Source of the DNA: Spirochaetia bacterium
GTDB lineage: Bacteria; Spirochaetota; Spirochaetia; DSM-16054; Sediminispirochaetaceae
Length of the DNA: 64,000 nucleotides
Direction: 5' to 3'
Assembly: GCA_034520965.1 (NCBI GenBank)
Contig: JAXHMY010000008.1
Span: 205,005-269,004, forward strand
Under the pieces are notes generated by a model. The model was not told where the DNA came from and searched no databases. It saw nothing but the letters and a program-made list of their open reading frames with translations. Positions 39,271 to 51,647 of the stretch are shown one piece after another. Every line of letters starts with the position of its first letter. Position 1 is the stretch's first letter. The translations under genes and the position numbers were made by a program.

Positions 39271-40926
39271 TTATTGGTTTTCCAATGAGAGGGTTATGGT
39301 CGGGCGGTTACACAGTTCATCTGGTCCGAAGTATTGGATTGCACCTGGATAGGAAAATGAGGTTTTGATTCCCCACTCCTCACGCTTTGCTGCAAAGGTT
39401 TTAAAGGGTTTTTCCTTTAACTGTACTAATGCCTTTTTAATAACCGGTTTCATTTTACCGTGGCGCATTTCAAGGTTCATCATCATGGTGATGGGAATCC
39501 CGCCGGCTATCCACTCCTCCGCCGGAGCAGATAGATTTTGTATCGATGAGATATAACCTGAGAGTCCGAAGGAAATTAGTAGATAGGCATTGTACCCCAG
39601 GCTGTAGGTGTAATTCGCATCAAAGTTGGAAGGAAAGGCCGCACGACCCTCATACCCAAAGAAGTGATGCTGAGTACTGAACTTGCCCTTGTACTCACCC
39701 TTAGCTTTTAGCTCGTTCAGGTTATCTTCTACCATCTCGATCAGCAGTTTTTCTGTCTCTATTCTGGATACCTGCACATTACCGTGGGGATCACGGTCCA
39801 TCAGCAGCTGTCTCTGGATATTGTTCGGCAGGGTAGAGAATACATACGAGGCATCGCGGGTGAGATTCTTATTGATCCACTCGGATTGGTCTTCAAAAGT
39901 ATGGAGCGATGAAAAGTAGGATTCATGCTCGGCTAAAAGGGTATTTAGTTCGGAAATAAGAGTTTTCATCTCCGGAATAAATTCAATTAGCCCCTCCGGA
40001 ATCAGAACGACTCCAAAGTGCTCTCCATGTTCACTGCGGGTGACCACCTTTTTGACGATATCATCTACAATCTCGTTGAGGGTGGTATGTTTCTCTTCCA
40101 CCTCCTCGGAGATAATTGCCACATTCGGATGTGTCTGCAGAGCGCACTCCAGACAGATGTGCGAAGCACTGCGACCCATTAGTTTGATAAAGTGCCAATA
40201 TTTCTTTGCTGAGTTTGCATCGCGCTCGATATTTCCTATCAGCTCAGCATAAGTTTTGGTGGCGGTATCAAAACCAAAGGAGACTTCGATCTGTTCGTTC
40301 TTTAGGTCGCCGTCGATGGTTTTGGGGACTCCAATAACCGAAATATCGATACCCTGCCTGCGGTAGTATTCAGCCAGGACCGCTGCATTGGTGTTTGAAT
40401 CGTCTCCGCCAATGACTACAATCGCAGAAATGGAATGTTTTTTACACACCTCGGTGGTTTTGGCAAACTGCGCTTCGGACTCCAGTTTGGTTCGGCCGGA
40501 ACCTATCATATCAAAACCGCCGGTATTGCGGTACTGATCCACATACTGCCCGGTAATTTCTACAAGCCTGTCTTCGAGGATCCCCGCCGGACCGTTAAGG
40601 AAACCGTACAGCTTCGATTCGCTATTTGCGGCTTTCAGGGCGTCATAAATTCCGGCAATCACATTATGTCCTCCGGGAGCTTGTCCGCCGGACAGTACCA
40701 CCCCGATATTGATGGGCTCGTTCCGGTGGGAAGATTCTCCAGCGACAAATTTTACCGCCGGAAGTCCATAGGTATGGGGAAACAATTCCTTCATCTTTGT
40801 CTGGTTTTCGACCGATTCGGTTTGTTCACCGTATTCAACTCCAATGTTTTCTATGTTGTTTTGCAGCATCGCCGGTAGGGTAGGTGCAAATCGGTATCGA
40901 ACTGTTTGTAGGGGACTAGTATTCAT
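39271..40926 (-). CDS. pfp: Pyrophosphate-dependent phosphofructokinase (long clade)
   Basis: [21 protein letters not shown] (PPi-type Asp), [20 protein letters not shown]. Confidence 0.96.
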   Translation of the reverse strand: MNTSPLQTVRYRFAPTLPAMLQNNIENIGVEYGEQTESVENQTKMKELFPHTYGLPAVKFVAGESSHRNEPINIGVVLSGGQAPGGHNVIAGIYDALKAANSESKLYGFLNGPAGILEDRLVEITGQYVDQYRNTGGFDMIGSGRTKLESEAQFAKTTEVCKKHSISAIVVIGGDDSNTNAAVLAEYYRRQGIDISVIGVPKTIDGDLKNEQIEVSFGFDTATKTYAELIGNIERDANSAKKYWHFIKLMGRSASHICLECALQTHPNVAIISEEVEEKHTTLNEIVDDIVKKVVTRSEHGEHFGVVLIPEGLIEFIPEMKTLISELNTLLAEHESYFSSLHTFEDQSEWINKNLTRDASYVFSTLPNNIQRQLLMDRDPHGNVQVSRIETEKLLIEMVEDNLNELKAKGEYKGKFSTQHHFFGYEGRAAFPSNFDANYTYSLGYNAYLLISFGLSGYISSIQNLSAPAEEWIAGGIPITMMMNLEMRHGKMKPVIKKALVQLKEKPFKTFAAKREEWGIKTSFSYPGAIQYFGPDELCNRPTITLSLENQ

Positions 40927-40975
40927 TGTGTCTTCACTCCTTTTTTATGCTGTTCTTATACGATAGACGTGCTGT

Positions 40976-42261
40976 TCAGTCAAGGAACTCCGCGTCTAGA
41001 TGGATAACTCCCTCGCCGCGGATTCTCAAAGCTGTAACGGCGCCTTCTCCGAATTGGGAATTCAGCTGTTCCTCCAGCTCTTTGAATTGCGACACGGGTA
41101 CATAGCCCTGCACCGTTCCGGCAAAGCCTCCGCCATGGACCCTGAAAACTCCCGCCGGGCACAGAGACTGCAGAAGCCCCAGTGAATAGGCTACTGACTG
41201 ATCCTGTACAGCCCCGGTGGGTATGCAGTTCTGCAGGAGGGTCCAGGATGATGTTCCCGACTCTTTGACCACCCGCAGGTAGGCGTTGATGTCCTCGAAC
41301 TGAAGCGCCTCCTGCAGCAGTCCGACCCGTCGGTTTTCCTGAAAATAGTGCAGGGCTCGTAAGAAGGGGCGGTCTCCGCAGTTTTGTCTGATATCATGTG
41401 CAGCTGCCGTCAAGCGTTCAAGATCCGCCTGCCGCAAAACCTGACAGCCGAGTTCTGCTGCAACGCACTGCATTTCCTGGGAATAGAGGCATACTCATGG
41501 GTTAGATCGGCATGATCTCCGCCGGTATCCAGAATCATAAGCTGATAGCCGTGGCTGCTAAAATCGAAATCGATCTGTTCCAGCCCGGGGGATTCACTAT
41601 CGGCAAAATCAATAGCGGCGATTCCCCCTTGAGCACAGGCAATTTGGTCCATCAGACCACAGGGTTTTTTGAAATATTGATTCTCCGCGTAGCGTCCCGC
41701 CTGAGCCAGTTCTATAGCCGACAGCTGGCCCTGATGATACAGGGTATTAAAAATTTGTGCGATTAATACCTCGATAGAGGCGGAAGAGCTGAGGCCGGAG
41801 CCCATTGCAACCTGACTGTGTACGTACGCCGAAAAACCGCCGTATCCGTATCCCCGTTCGGCAAAATAGGCGGCGATTCCGCGTACCAGCGCAGAGGCAC
41901 TGCCGGCTTCAGCCTCCTCGGGCTGCAGATGATGCAGATCGGCGGCAATATCCTTGGGAAAGCCTGCGGTAACTATTTCAACCCGCATATCATCCCGCGG
42001 AGTTACCGCGGCAATTTTGTCCAGTTGAATGCTGCCTGCCAGTACCTTACCGCGGTTGTGGTCGGTATGATTCCCTCCCAGCTCTGTTCGTCCGGGACTG
42101 CTGAACAAATGTGCTTGTTCTGTGGCAAAGCGCTGATGAAACTCATCCAGCAGGGAAGTATAGCGGAGGATCTGTTGCTGCTCTCCGGCGCTGCCGTACA
42201 GGCGTTGAATCGCCTTGTCCAGAGCCTTGTCGGCAACATCCTTCCGATTGATTGATCTCAT
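40976..42261 (-). CDS. galK: Galactokinase; probable 1-nt sequencing deletion near 41480
   Basis: SPGRTELGGNHTDHN, GSGLSSSA, KPCGLMDQ in the first ORF; RVHGGGFAGTVQ in the second. Confidence 0.85.
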
Positions 42262-42276
42262 ATAATGCTCCTTCTG

Positions 42277-43319
42277 CTATTCCTTATGAAGGAAGTGGGT
42301 TTCAGGTAATTCCCGTAAGCGGGCAGCTGCCGATTCTGCGGTTATGTCCCGCTGCACAGTCGCCAGCAGCTCATATCCGACCATAAACTTTTTCACAGTG
42401 GCCGAGCGCAGCAGGGGCGGGTAGTAATGAATATGAAAATGCCATTCACTGTGCTCTTGGGCGTCGGTTGGACGTTGATGCAGGCCCATGGAGTAGGGGA
42501 AATGGGTTTGAAACAGATTATCGTAGCGAATCCCCAGTCGCTTCATAAGAGAGGCCAAATCATTGCGTTCTGAATCGCTTAGATCATTTAAAGATGCGAC
42601 ATGGCGGCGCGGCAGCAGCATAGTCTCAAAGGGCCACACCGCCCAGAAGGGAACTATCGCCACAAATGAGTCATTCTCTACTACTATCCGCTCTCCGCGC
42701 TCGGTTTCCTTTTGTACATAATCGCACAGCAGGCAGCTTTGGTGAGTCTCTAGGTAGTGTCGCTGCATATTGGTTTCTTGCTGAGGTATCTGGGGAATAG
42801 TCTCGTTTGACCATATCTGGCCATGGGGGTGAGGGTTTGAACAGCCCATAGTTGCACCACGATTCTCAAAAATCTGAACGTAATTGATAAAATCTTCTTC
42901 ACCAAGCCGGCGGTATTCCTCCTCCCCAGACATCCACAACCCGTCGAATATCCTCTACTTCCATTAGCGGAAAGAGTAAGATCATGACGGGGCGAGAAAC
43001 AGATTACCTTACACACACCGCGTTCACTGTGTGCAATAAATAGGTTGTCCTCATCCATTCGGTCCGAGGGTGCGTCCTCCAGCAGCGCTGAAAAGTCATT
43101 CACAAACACAAACGTATTTTGGTAGTCGGGGTTTGTAATTCCACCTGCACGGGAGTTACCGGGACATAGATAGCAGTTTGGATCGTAGCTGGGTTTTTCC
43201 TCGACCTGTGCCTTCTCTTGATGTCCCTGCCAGGGACGTTTCGTTCGATGGGGGGACACCAGTACCCAGTCGCCGGTAAGCGGGTTGTACCGTCGATGGG
43301 GATAGTCGTTTAAGTTCAT
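42277..43319 (-). CDS. galT: Galactose-1-phosphate uridylyltransferase; probable indels near 42972 and 42926
   Basis: [52 protein letters not shown]. Confidence 0.9.
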
Positions 43320-43393
43320 GATTGACTCCTTAAAAGGTTATTCTATATTGAACAGTATGAAGGAAAGAGCACTTGGATTTCAAGGCACCTGCA

Positions 43394-43423
43394 TTGACCA
43401 GTGGTAAGGCTCTTCTATACACT
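43394..43423 (+). promoter_or_regulatory. Sigma70-like promoter of manA
   Basis: TTGACC N18 TACACT, 6 nt before ATG 43430. Confidence 0.55.
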
Positions 43424-43429
43424 TTTAAT

Positions 43430-44733
43430 ATGTGTGATATGTATAATCAGCTATTTAAATTAGAGAATTTAATCCAACATTATCCCTGGGGCTCAACAAG
43501 CCTCATACCGGAATTGCTTGGCATTCAGAACAAGCCTGGTACACCTTACGCAGAAATGTGGATGGGAAGTCACCCGCGGGGCCCATCAAAACTGGTTCTC
43601 TCGGAGGAGAATGAGAAGCGGATGGATTTAAAGTCTGCAATTGAGGAGTCGCCCTCCGACTTTCTGGGCCCAGAAGCTGGTCGCTTCTCAGAGGGCCTTC
43701 CTTTTCTGTTTAAGGTTTTAGCGGCAGCTCAGCCCCTCTCTATTCAAGCCCACCCGAGCCGCCGGCAGGCGCAGTCCGGCTTTGACCGCGAGGAGGCGGC
43801 GGGTATACCGATTGATGCCTTCGAACGGAATTACAGGGATAAGAATCACAAACCGGAGATTATCTGCGCCCTTACCCCTTTTACAGCCCTGTGCGGCTTC
43901 AGAGCCGCTGCTGAAATAGATGCATGGTACTCCCACATAGGCAACGCTCTAGAAAACGAATTATTTAAGAGCATCTATGAAGAGAAAATCGCACCGACGG
44001 ATGCGCCCGGCACAATTGACGATGCCGAGTGGGTGAAGAAATTTTTTGAGAATATTATGAACCTTGCAGAAAAGATCAGGCGGAGCTGATCGAACTGCTG
44101 TACACATGGGCCACATCAGCCTCAAAACAGCAGCCCTCAAAACAGCAGCCCTCAAAACAGCAGAAAGAGGCGGAACTGGTGGTTACTTTTTATGAGCAGC
44201 ACGGGGTAAATGTAGGTGTGCATGCTCCGCTGTATCTTAACGTGGTAGAGCTTTCTCCGGGGGAGGCCCTGTATCAGCCGGCCGGTGTGCTCCACGCCTA
44301 TGTTGCCGGCATGGGAGTAGAGTTGATGGCCAACTCCGATAATGTGCTCCGCGGCGGGCTAACCCAGAAGCACGTGGATGTTCCTGAGCTCCTGAGGGTG
44401 ATATCCTTCGAACCCCGTCCTGCGGATATACTGCGGGGGAAGAGTTCTGAATCTCACCTTCGCCGTTATCCGGTACCCATAGATGAGTTTGAATTACTGC
44501 AAATAGAAGCGGAAAAATCTACCTCCCGGAGGCGGGAAGACAGGACCTCTCTCGAAATTGGAATCTGCACAAAAGGAGATTTTGAGCTCCTTTCTGAGTC
44601 GGGAAACAGTTCCCTGCACATAGTTCGTGGTGAGAGTTTTATTGCCCCCTATGGGGCCGGTAATTACACCTTCTCCGGCCGGGGCGAGCTGTATCTTGCA
44701 ACTATCCCACCCGAAGCAGGTGGACAGGAATAA
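43430..44733 (+). CDS. manA: Mannose-6-phosphate isomerase type I; probable 1-nt deletion in A-run at 44070-44073
   Basis: YPWGS, AEMWMGSHP, LSIQAHP, NHKPE; HAYV, MANSDNVLRGGLT. Confidence 0.9.
44121..44163 (+). repeat. In-frame 15-bp tandem repeat in manA (SKQQP x3)
   Basis: CTCAAAACAGCAGCC at 44121, 44136, partial 44151. Confidence 0.9.
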
Positions 44734-45182
44734 TGGAAATACTCGTTGATGCCGACTCATGTCCCCGACGAGTGCGCAGTATTATCAGAAAGGCTGCCGA
44801 CCGTACTCGTATCAAAACGGTGTTTGTTTCGGACCGTAAATTAGCTGATGCCAAGGGAGACGGGATAGAAAATGTGCTGGTTGATCATGGCTCCGGGGAT
44901 GTGGATGACTATATCGTGGAGCATGTACAGCCGGGGGATCTTGTAATTACCCATGACATCCCCCTGGCCGCCAGGGTAGTAGAGAAAGGAGCGGTGGCGC
45001 TTGACGATCGGGGGAGTGTGTTTACCCGAGAGAATATCAGAGAGCGTCTCTCGGTGCGGGATGCATTAGCAGAGCTGCGGGAGGCCGGAGTGACACCGGC
45101 CGGCGGCGACACAATAGGCGATCGTGAGATACGCCTGTTTGCCGGAGCCTTCGACCGGGAGCTTACCAAGCTTCAACGATAG
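44733..45182 (+). CDS. YaiI/YqxD (DUF188) family protein
   Basis: ILVDADSCP, GDLVITHDIPLAARV, NIRERL. Confidence 0.9.
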   Translation: MEILVDADSCPRRVRSIIRKAADRTRIKTVFVSDRKLADAKGDGIENVLVDHGSGDVDDYIVEHVQPGDLVITHDIPLAARVVEKGAVALDDRGSVFTRENIRERLSVRDALAELREAGVTPAGGDTIGDREIRLFAGAFDRELTKLQR

Positions 45183-45200
45183 AAACTGTGCACTGTGCAT

Positions 45201-45246
45201 TGTATTAAAATGTATTAAAATATTGTATTAAAATATTGTATTAAAA
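45201..45246. repeat. Four copies of TGTATTAAAA, the last containing the asnS stop
   Basis: Copies at 45201, 45211, 45224, 45237. Confidence 0.85.
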
Positions 45247-46626
45247 CTCGGCGTTTTTAACAGTTCTTGGAAAAGGAATAACGTCCCGGATGTTATGCAT
45301 TCCGGTTACATACTGTACCAGCCTTTCAAAGCCCAGTCCAAAGCCCGAGTGGGGAACGCTGCCGTATCGGCGTAGATCAAGATACCACCAATAGTCTTCA
45401 GGATTTAGATTCATCTCCTCAATTCTTTTCAGCAGGGTATCGTAGTGATCTTCACGCTCACTCCCGCCGATAATTTCTCCGAGCCGGGGTACCAGCACAT
45501 CCATCGCCCGCACTGTTTTGTTATCTTCGTTCAGTTTCATGTAGAAGGCTTTTATCTCCTTCGGATAATCAGTGACAATTATCGGCCCTTTGAAAACCTC
45601 TTCGGTCAGGTACCGTTCATGTTCGGATTGCAGGTCTTCTCCCCATCCAATCGGATATTCGAAAGAGCGGTCCGCCTTCTCAAGCAGTTCAACTGCCTTT
45701 GAATAAGTGACATGCTGAAATTTTGAATCTACCACCTTCTGAATGCTTTCCTTCACGCCCTTTTCTATCCACTTACTGAAAAAGTCCATATCCTCCGGAC
45801 AATGATCAAGAACATACTTCAGAATATACTTGATAAACTCTTCCGCCAATTCCATGTCGCCCTCTAGCGTACAGAATGCCATTTCCGGCTCTATCATCCA
45901 AAACTCCGCTAAATGACGGCTGGTGTTCGAATTTTCCGCCCTGAAGGTGGGTCCGAAAGTGTATACGTCACGCATTGCCAGGGCGTATATCTCAGCTTCC
46001 AGCTGGCCGCTGACTGTCAGACTGGCCTGTTTGCCGAAAAAGTCCCGGCTGTAATCGACAGCTCCATCCTGGGTCGGCAGTTTCGCCATAGGGAGGGTGG
46101 TTACTTGAAACATCTCTCCGGCCCCTTCACAATCACTAGCCGAGATGATCGGGGTGTGGATGTACATAAAGCCCCGCTCCTGAAAAAAGCTGTGTATTGC
46201 AAAGCTTAATGCGTTTCTCACTCGTGTAACCGCTCCAAAGGTGTTGGTTCGCGGGCGCAAATGGGCAATTTCCCTTAAAAACTCAAAGGAGTGTCGTTTT
46301 TTCTGCAGGGGGTAGGAGTCCGCCGGAGCTTCTCCAATTATTTCTACCTGAGTGGCCTGGACCTCTACCGATTGGTTTTTTCCAGGAGATGCTACCAGTT
46401 TACCCTTGATTCGGGCGCTTGAGCCGGTAGTTGCCGCATCGAGGTGGTCAAAAGTTCCCTCAGCGTCGTGGTCGACAATTACCTGAATACCGCGAAAGGA
46501 AGACCCGTCGGTGATTTCTAGAAAAGTTAAGTTCTTTGAGTCGCGTTTGGTTTTAACCCAGCCCTCAACGGTCACATCCTGTTCTATAGGGTCCATTGTC
46601 AGTATATTGCGTATGCGTGATGCCAT
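45241..46626 (-). CDS. asnS: Asparagine--tRNA ligase
   Basis: [50 protein letters not shown]. Confidence 0.98.
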   Translation of the reverse strand: MASRIRNILTMDPIEQDVTVEGWVKTKRDSKNLTFLEITDGSSFRGIQVIVDHDAEGTFDHLDAATTGSSARIKGKLVASPGKNQSVEVQATQVEIIGEAPADSYPLQKKRHSFEFLREIAHLRPRTNTFGAVTRVRNALSFAIHSFFQERGFMYIHTPIISASDCEGAGEMFQVTTLPMAKLPTQDGAVDYSRDFFGKQASLTVSGQLEAEIYALAMRDVYTFGPTFRAENSNTSRHLAEFWMIEPEMAFCTLEGDMELAEEFIKYILKYVLDHCPEDMDFFSKWIEKGVKESIQKVVDSKFQHVTYSKAVELLEKADRSFEYPIGWGEDLQSEHERYLTEEVFKGPIIVTDYPKEIKAFYMKLNEDNKTVRAMDVLVPRLGEIIGGSEREDHYDTLLKRIEEMNLNPEDYWWYLDLRRYGSVPHSGFGLGFERLVQYVTGMHNIRDVIPFPRTVKNAEF

Positions 46627-46838
46627 AGATAACTCCTTCTATATTAGTGCCCTAAAGAATTATCATAGTTTCCTTTTCAAGTCAAATAAGTGTAAAGAAG
46701 CTTCTTGCTTTTTTTGTGTCATTACTGGTTCTTTCTCATTAAGAGAATGTTCAAGAGAATGTTGATTAAACTTTTATTGCGTACTAAAGTGGATAAACTG
46801 TTCCTCAACATCCAAAATACTATATAAGAGGTGAGAAT

Positions 46839-48568
46839 GTGCGCTTAAAGGCTCTTACTTTAGAAAATTTACTGGTGGAAAGTACGGAGAAGTACGGACA
46901 CTACGACGTACTGTCTTATGTTGATGAAGATTCACTGTCCTATAAGGATTTCTATGATCGCGTGGTATCCTTACGCCTATATTTGAAGGACAAGGGAATC
47001 AAGAAGGGCGACCGGGTAATTCTGCTGAGTGAAAACCAGCCTCACTGGGCCGTGTGCTATTTTGCAGTAACTACATTGGGGGCGGTGGTGGTACCGATCC
47101 TCACCGATTTTCATACAGAAGAAATTGCCAATATTATTAACCATTCTGAGCCCTCAGCTTTTTGTGTAAGTGCAAAGCTGCTGGATAAGATTCGAACATT
47201 TCTCGAAGACTCCGCAAAGCCGGCGCTGTGCATTGACTTTCTATCGGAGATCCCCCGGCCGGTACCGGGTGCCGAACTAAAAACCGGAAGTAAAACCTGG
47301 GAACAGATTCCACTACAAGAACACGAGGTGGAGATGAGCGGAGTGGTAGCTGAGGATGATACTGCCACGATTATTTACACCTCCGGGACTACCGGAAAAT
47401 CTAAAGGAGTAATGCTGAGCCATAGGAATCTTGTGTATGATGCGGAAGCCTCTGCAGATATCCCGCGGCTAAAACCGGGGGATCGGCTGCTGTCGATTCT
47501 CCCCCTTGCACAGCACCTACTGAGTGTACCGTCGGCCTAATTACCCCGCTTTTGTTAGGGTCCCACGTTGTGTATCTTAAAAGGCCACCGGCCCCAGTGG
47601 TGTTGTTGCCGGCACTTAAGCAGGTACGTCCCCACACGGTCCTCTCAGTACCGCTTTTAATTGAGAAGATCTACCGCTCAGTCGTTCTGCCTAAAATCAA
47701 CAAAACCTGGTTAAGCCGTTCAGCATATAAACTGCCGCCCCTTCGGAAACTGATAAATCGGCTCATCGGGCGAGGGCTTGTGCGTATTTTCGGTGGGAAT
47801 ATTCAATTTTTCGGTATTGGTGGGGCTGCCCTGGCGGAGGACGTGGAGTTCTTTCTGCGGGAAGCCCGCTTTCCCTATGCTATCGGCTATGGACTCACCG
47901 AGACCGCACCGCTTATTGCCGGGTGCGGGCCTGCTTACACCCGGTATCGCTCAACAGGGCCAACGTTAACGGGAGTTACCGTTAAAATCGACCAACCCGA
48001 TGCAGCTACAGGTGAGGGTGAGATACTGGTGAAGGGACCAATTGTAATGCAGGGTTATTTCAAGGAACCGGAAAAAACTGCTGAAGTATTGACCCCTGAC
48101 GGATGGTTTCATACCGGTGATTTGGGCGTAGTAGATGAGGATGGGTACCTTTTTATTCGTGGTCGTCTTAAAAATATGATTCTCGGACCCAGTGGTGAAA
48201 ATATTTATCCGGAAGAGATAGAGGCTCTCATAAATGAATATGATTTTGTAAAAGAGTCACTGGTAGTTGAGGAGGAGGGTCGGCTGATAGCACGGGTAAA
48301 CCTCGATTACGAGTCCTTAAGGGAACAAGTAAAAGATTTAGCGGAGTCGGCGGTTGATATTTCTAAACAGGCTAATGAGTATCTGGCTCAGCTGAAGCAA
48401 AGGGTAAACAAACGTCTGAACGTATTCTCCAGGGTAAGTGAGATTTTTGAGGAGAATGAGCCCTTTGAGAAGACGCCTACCAAAAAAATTAAACGATACC
48501 TCTACACACATTTGGGCAATAAGCATAAAATTGAAACAAAGGAAAATAACAATGCGCAAGGTAAATGA
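46839..48568 (+). CDS. Long-chain fatty acid--CoA ligase (second paralogue); two probable extra bases at about 47513 and 47521
   Basis: YTSGTTGKSKG; removing two bases restores LPLAHTYECT; GYGLTETAP, WFHTGD, GENIYPEEIE. Confidence 0.85.
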
Positions 48569-49619
48569 TCTTCATATAGATAATGTACAGCCCCTGATTC
48601 CGCCGATCGAACTAAAGCAGCGGTTTCCCTTGTCCGATGAGTCGGCAGAACTGGTATACGAGAGTCGAGAAACGGTTAAAAGAATAATATCCCGCGAAGA
48701 CCCCCGGATTCTAGGTATAATTGGCCCCTGTTCTATCCATGATACCCAGGGAGCTTTGGAATATGCACACAAATTAAGTGAACTCCGTGAGCAAGTAAAA
48801 GATAGAATCTACATTATTATGCGTGTCTATTTTGAAAAACCGCGTACTACCATCGGCTGGCGGGGACTTATAGTCGATCCGCTGTTGGACGGTTCGTATG
48901 ATATTGCATTAGGCTTAGAAACCGCACGAAAGACCCTGCTTGAAATTACTTCTCTGGGGCTTCCGGCCGGCTCTGAGATGCTGGATCCTTATGTACCTCA
49001 GTATATTGATGACCTAGTTTCCTGGGCGGCAATCGGGGCACGTACAACCGAGAGCCAAACCCATCGAAATCTGGCCAGCGGCCTTTCAATGCCGGTAGGT
49101 TTTAAAAATGGTACCAGCGGTAACCTGGAATTGGCGGTGAATGCCATGGAATCGGCTACCCATCCGGCCAGCTTTATTGGAATTGATCCGGAGGGGAATA
49201 CTAGCGTGCTTAATACCACCGGAAACGATGTCTGCCACCTGATTCTGCGAGGCGGTAGGGGCGGGCCTAACTACCACGAAGAAGATGTAGAAAATGCCGA
49301 AGAAATGATGCGAAAGGCACAGCTTAGTCCGTCGGTGGTGGTTGACTGCAGTCATGAAAATTCCGGTAAAAAGTCGCCCCGCCAACAAAGGGTCTTGCGT
49401 TCTATAATAGACCAGGTGAGTCATGGACAATCGGTTTTATCGGGGTTCATGCTTGAGAGCAATCTGTTTGAGGGTTCCCAAAAAATTCCGGAAGATTTGT
49501 CCCTGCTTAAGTATGGAGTTTCAGTAACCGATGAGTGTATCGGCTGGGACGAGACTAAAAAGATTGTTATGCAGGCCTATCACAATCTTTCTAAAATAGG
49601 GGTTGCCGGTAAGGCCTGA
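48552..49619 (+). CDS. 3-deoxy-7-phosphoheptulonate (DAHP) synthase, class I-alpha (AroF/G/H-like)
   Basis: GPCSIHD, RVYFEKPRTTIGW, AIGARTTESQTHR, GFKNGT, DCSH, YGVSVTDECIGW. Confidence 0.95.
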   Translation: MRKVNDLHIDNVQPLIPPIELKQRFPLSDESAELVYESRETVKRIISREDPRILGIIGPCSIHDTQGALEYAHKLSELREQVKDRIYIIMRVYFEKPRTTIGWRGLIVDPLLDGSYDIALGLETARKTLLEITSLGLPAGSEMLDPYVPQYIDDLVSWAAIGARTTESQTHRNLASGLSMPVGFKNGTSGNLELAVNAMESATHPASFIGIDPEGNTSVLNTTGNDVCHLILRGGRGGPNYHEEDVENAEEMMRKAQLSPSVVVDCSHENSGKKSPRQQRVLRSIIDQVSHGQSVLSGFMLESNLFEGSQKIPEDLSLLKYGVSVTDECIGWDETKKIVMQAYHNLSKIGVAGKA

Positions 49620-49649
49620 ATCTGACCATTTTTAGTGTAAGGAGGTAAT

Positions 49650-50201
49650 ATGAAACGCGTAGCAGTTCTATTTGCCGAAGGATTTGAAGAGGTTGAGGGT
49701 TTAACCCAAGTTGACTTTCTTCGTCGAGCCGGCGTCGAGATTACCATGGTTGGAGTCACCGGAGAAATAGTGAAGGGCGGTCATGATATCACAATTAAAA
49801 CAGATACTACTGTTGATAAAATTGATCCACACAGGTTTGATGGGGTAGTTCTTCCAGGCGGAATGCCCGGTGCGGCGAATATGGCTTCGTCCGCCCATGC
49901 ACAAGACTTGATCCGCAGTGTCTTTCAAAGCGGGGGCTTAGTAGCCGCAATTTGTGCCGCTCCGGCGGTTGTGTTAGAACCCCTTGGAATTCTGAAAGGA
50001 AAAAGGGCAACCTGCTTTCCCGGTTTTGAGGGACGCTTTAAGCAGGCCTCTTTCAGCGAGGAACGTGTGGTGCAGGACGGAACTGTAATTACCAGCCGCG
50101 GTCCCGGAACTGCAGCTGAATTTGCGGTAGCTCTTATCGCCTATTTAGTAGACAGCGAAACTGCGGAGAAAGTAAAAAACAAAACCTTGCAGGCCTTCTA
50201 A
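49650..50201 (+). CDS. DJ-1/ThiJ/YajL-family protein
   Basis: GFEEVE, LPGGMPGA, AAICAAP, TSRGPGTA; AGGAGG SD. Confidence 0.93.
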   Translation: MKRVAVLFAEGFEEVEGLTQVDFLRRAGVEITMVGVTGEIVKGGHDITIKTDTTVDKIDPHRFDGVVLPGGMPGAANMASSAHAQDLIRSVFQSGGLVAAICAAPAVVLEPLGILKGKRATCFPGFEGRFKQASFSEERVVQDGTVITSRGPGTAAEFAVALIAYLVDSETAEKVKNKTLQAF

Positions 50202-50244
50202 AAAAACCTGAGCTTCCAGAAATGTATGAAAGCCGGCAAAAAGC

Positions 50245-50274
50245 TCTGTAAGGCCCTTAAGAGGGCCTTACAGA
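50245..50274. terminator. Hairpin between convergent DJ-1 and ackA genes
   Basis: 13-bp perfect stem TCTGTAAGGCCCT-TAAG-AGGGCCTTACAGA. Confidence 0.65.
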
Positions 50275-50282
50275 ATAACAAC

Positions 50283-51620
50283 TTATTCCGGTTTGGCAAC
50301 CACTTTTTGTAGATCGGGTTTTTTCTCCACCTGCTTTGCAAAGCGTGCAGCCCGGGCTTTATTCGAGTAGTCCCTGCTCTGGAATGAATAAGTAAAATTA
50401 GTATGAGCATCATAGGTTCCATTCATCAGCGCATAAGTGTCTTCCGTCATTACCAACTCTTCATCGGTGGGAACGACATAGATCTTTGTGGCTGAACCGG
50501 GAGCGGTGATATCGGTTTCAGCGTTAGGAGTAGAAGAGAGGTCGTTTTTGTCTAAGTCGGCCTTAATACCTAGGATATCCAAGCCGTCAACAATACGGCG
50601 ACGGATTGCCGGTGCCTGTTCTCCGACTCCGGCGGTAAATACCAGTGCATCAACGCGGCCTAAAGCCGCTGCATAGGCTCCTATGTATTTTCTCAGACGA
50701 TACACCTCCATCTGAATGGCAAGCTCGGAGCGTTCATCCCCATCTTTGGCGGCGACTTGGATATCGCGACGGTCGATGTATTTACCGGTGATTCCTAGGA
50801 TCCCGCTTTTTTTATTGAGCTGGGTTTCAATATCCTCCGCCTTCATTTTGGCATTTTTCATCATATGAAATACCACTGCCGGGTCAAAGTCGCCGCTGCG
50901 GGTTCCCATCACCAGTCCTTCCAGGGGAGTGAGGCCCATGGATGTATCTACTGAGACGCCGTCTTTTACCGCACAAATGCTGGCGCCATTGCCGATATGG
51001 CAGATAATAGCGTTTAGTTTTAGCGGGTCTTTCCCCATTAATACGGCAGTGCGTTTTGCGACATACAAAAATGAGGTCCCGTGGAAACCGTATTTACGTA
51101 CGCCGTGGTTTTCGTACCAGTCATAGGGAAGTGCATACAGAAAGGCATGTTTGGGCATAGTTTGGTGCCACGCGGTATCCATTACCGCGCAGTGAGGTAC
51201 ATCCGGCAGTAGTTTCTGGGCAGCTTCAATTCCCTGAATATTGGCCGGATTATGCAGGGGAGCCAAGTTTGAAACTTTCTTAAAAGTGTCCAACGCGTTT
51301 TTATCAATTATGACGGATTTGTTGAACTTGTCTCCTCCTTGTACTACTCGATGTCCCACCGCCTTGATGCTGCTCATATCATCAATAGCACCATAGGTTT
51401 TGTCGGTGAGGCTGTCGATAATTAGTTGAATAGCCTCTTTGTGGCTGGGGCACTGCTGTTCCTTTTCAAAGGTCTCCTTGCCGGGAGCGTGCTGTTCAAT
51501 AGACGACATCTCCTGACCGATTCGTTCTACAATTCCGTTTGCCAGGATTTCTTTGTTATCCCAGTTATACACCTGATACTTCACCGATGAACTGCCGCAA
51601 TTAAGTGTTAGTATATCCAC
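50283..51620 (-). CDS. ackA: Acetate kinase
   Basis: [51 protein letters not shown] before GTG 51620. Confidence 0.97.
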   Translation of the reverse strand: MDILTLNCGSSSVKYQVYNWDNKEILANGIVERIGQEMSSIEQHAPGKETFEKEQQCPSHKEAIQLIIDSLTDKTYGAIDDMSSIKAVGHRVVQGGDKFNKSVIIDKNALDTFKKVSNLAPLHNPANIQGIEAAQKLLPDVPHCAVMDTAWHQTMPKHAFLYALPYDWYENHGVRKYGFHGTSFLYVAKRTAVLMGKDPLKLNAIICHIGNGASICAVKDGVSVDTSMGLTPLEGLVMGTRSGDFDPAVVFHMMKNAKMKAEDIETQLNKKSGILGITGKYIDRRDIQVAAKDGDERSELAIQMEVYRLRKYIGAYAAALGRVDALVFTAGVGEQAPAIRRRIVDGLDILGIKADLDKNDLSSTPNAETDITAPGSATKIYVVPTDEELVMTEDTYALMNGTYDAHTNFTYSFQSRDYSNKARAARFAKQVEKKPDLQKVVAKPE

Positions 51621-51647
51621 TGCATTCCTCCAATAGTTTTGAATAAT

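Noticed and set aside
40976..44733. Coordinated pseudogenisation or programmed frameshifting of galK/galT/manA
   Set aside because: The same kind of break occurs in valS and unrelated genes; no shared slippery site or accumulated stops.
46627..46838. T-box or riboswitch leaders before asnS (also cysS, valS, mgtE)
   Set aside because: Leaders are short and show no T-box consensus or terminator/antiterminator.
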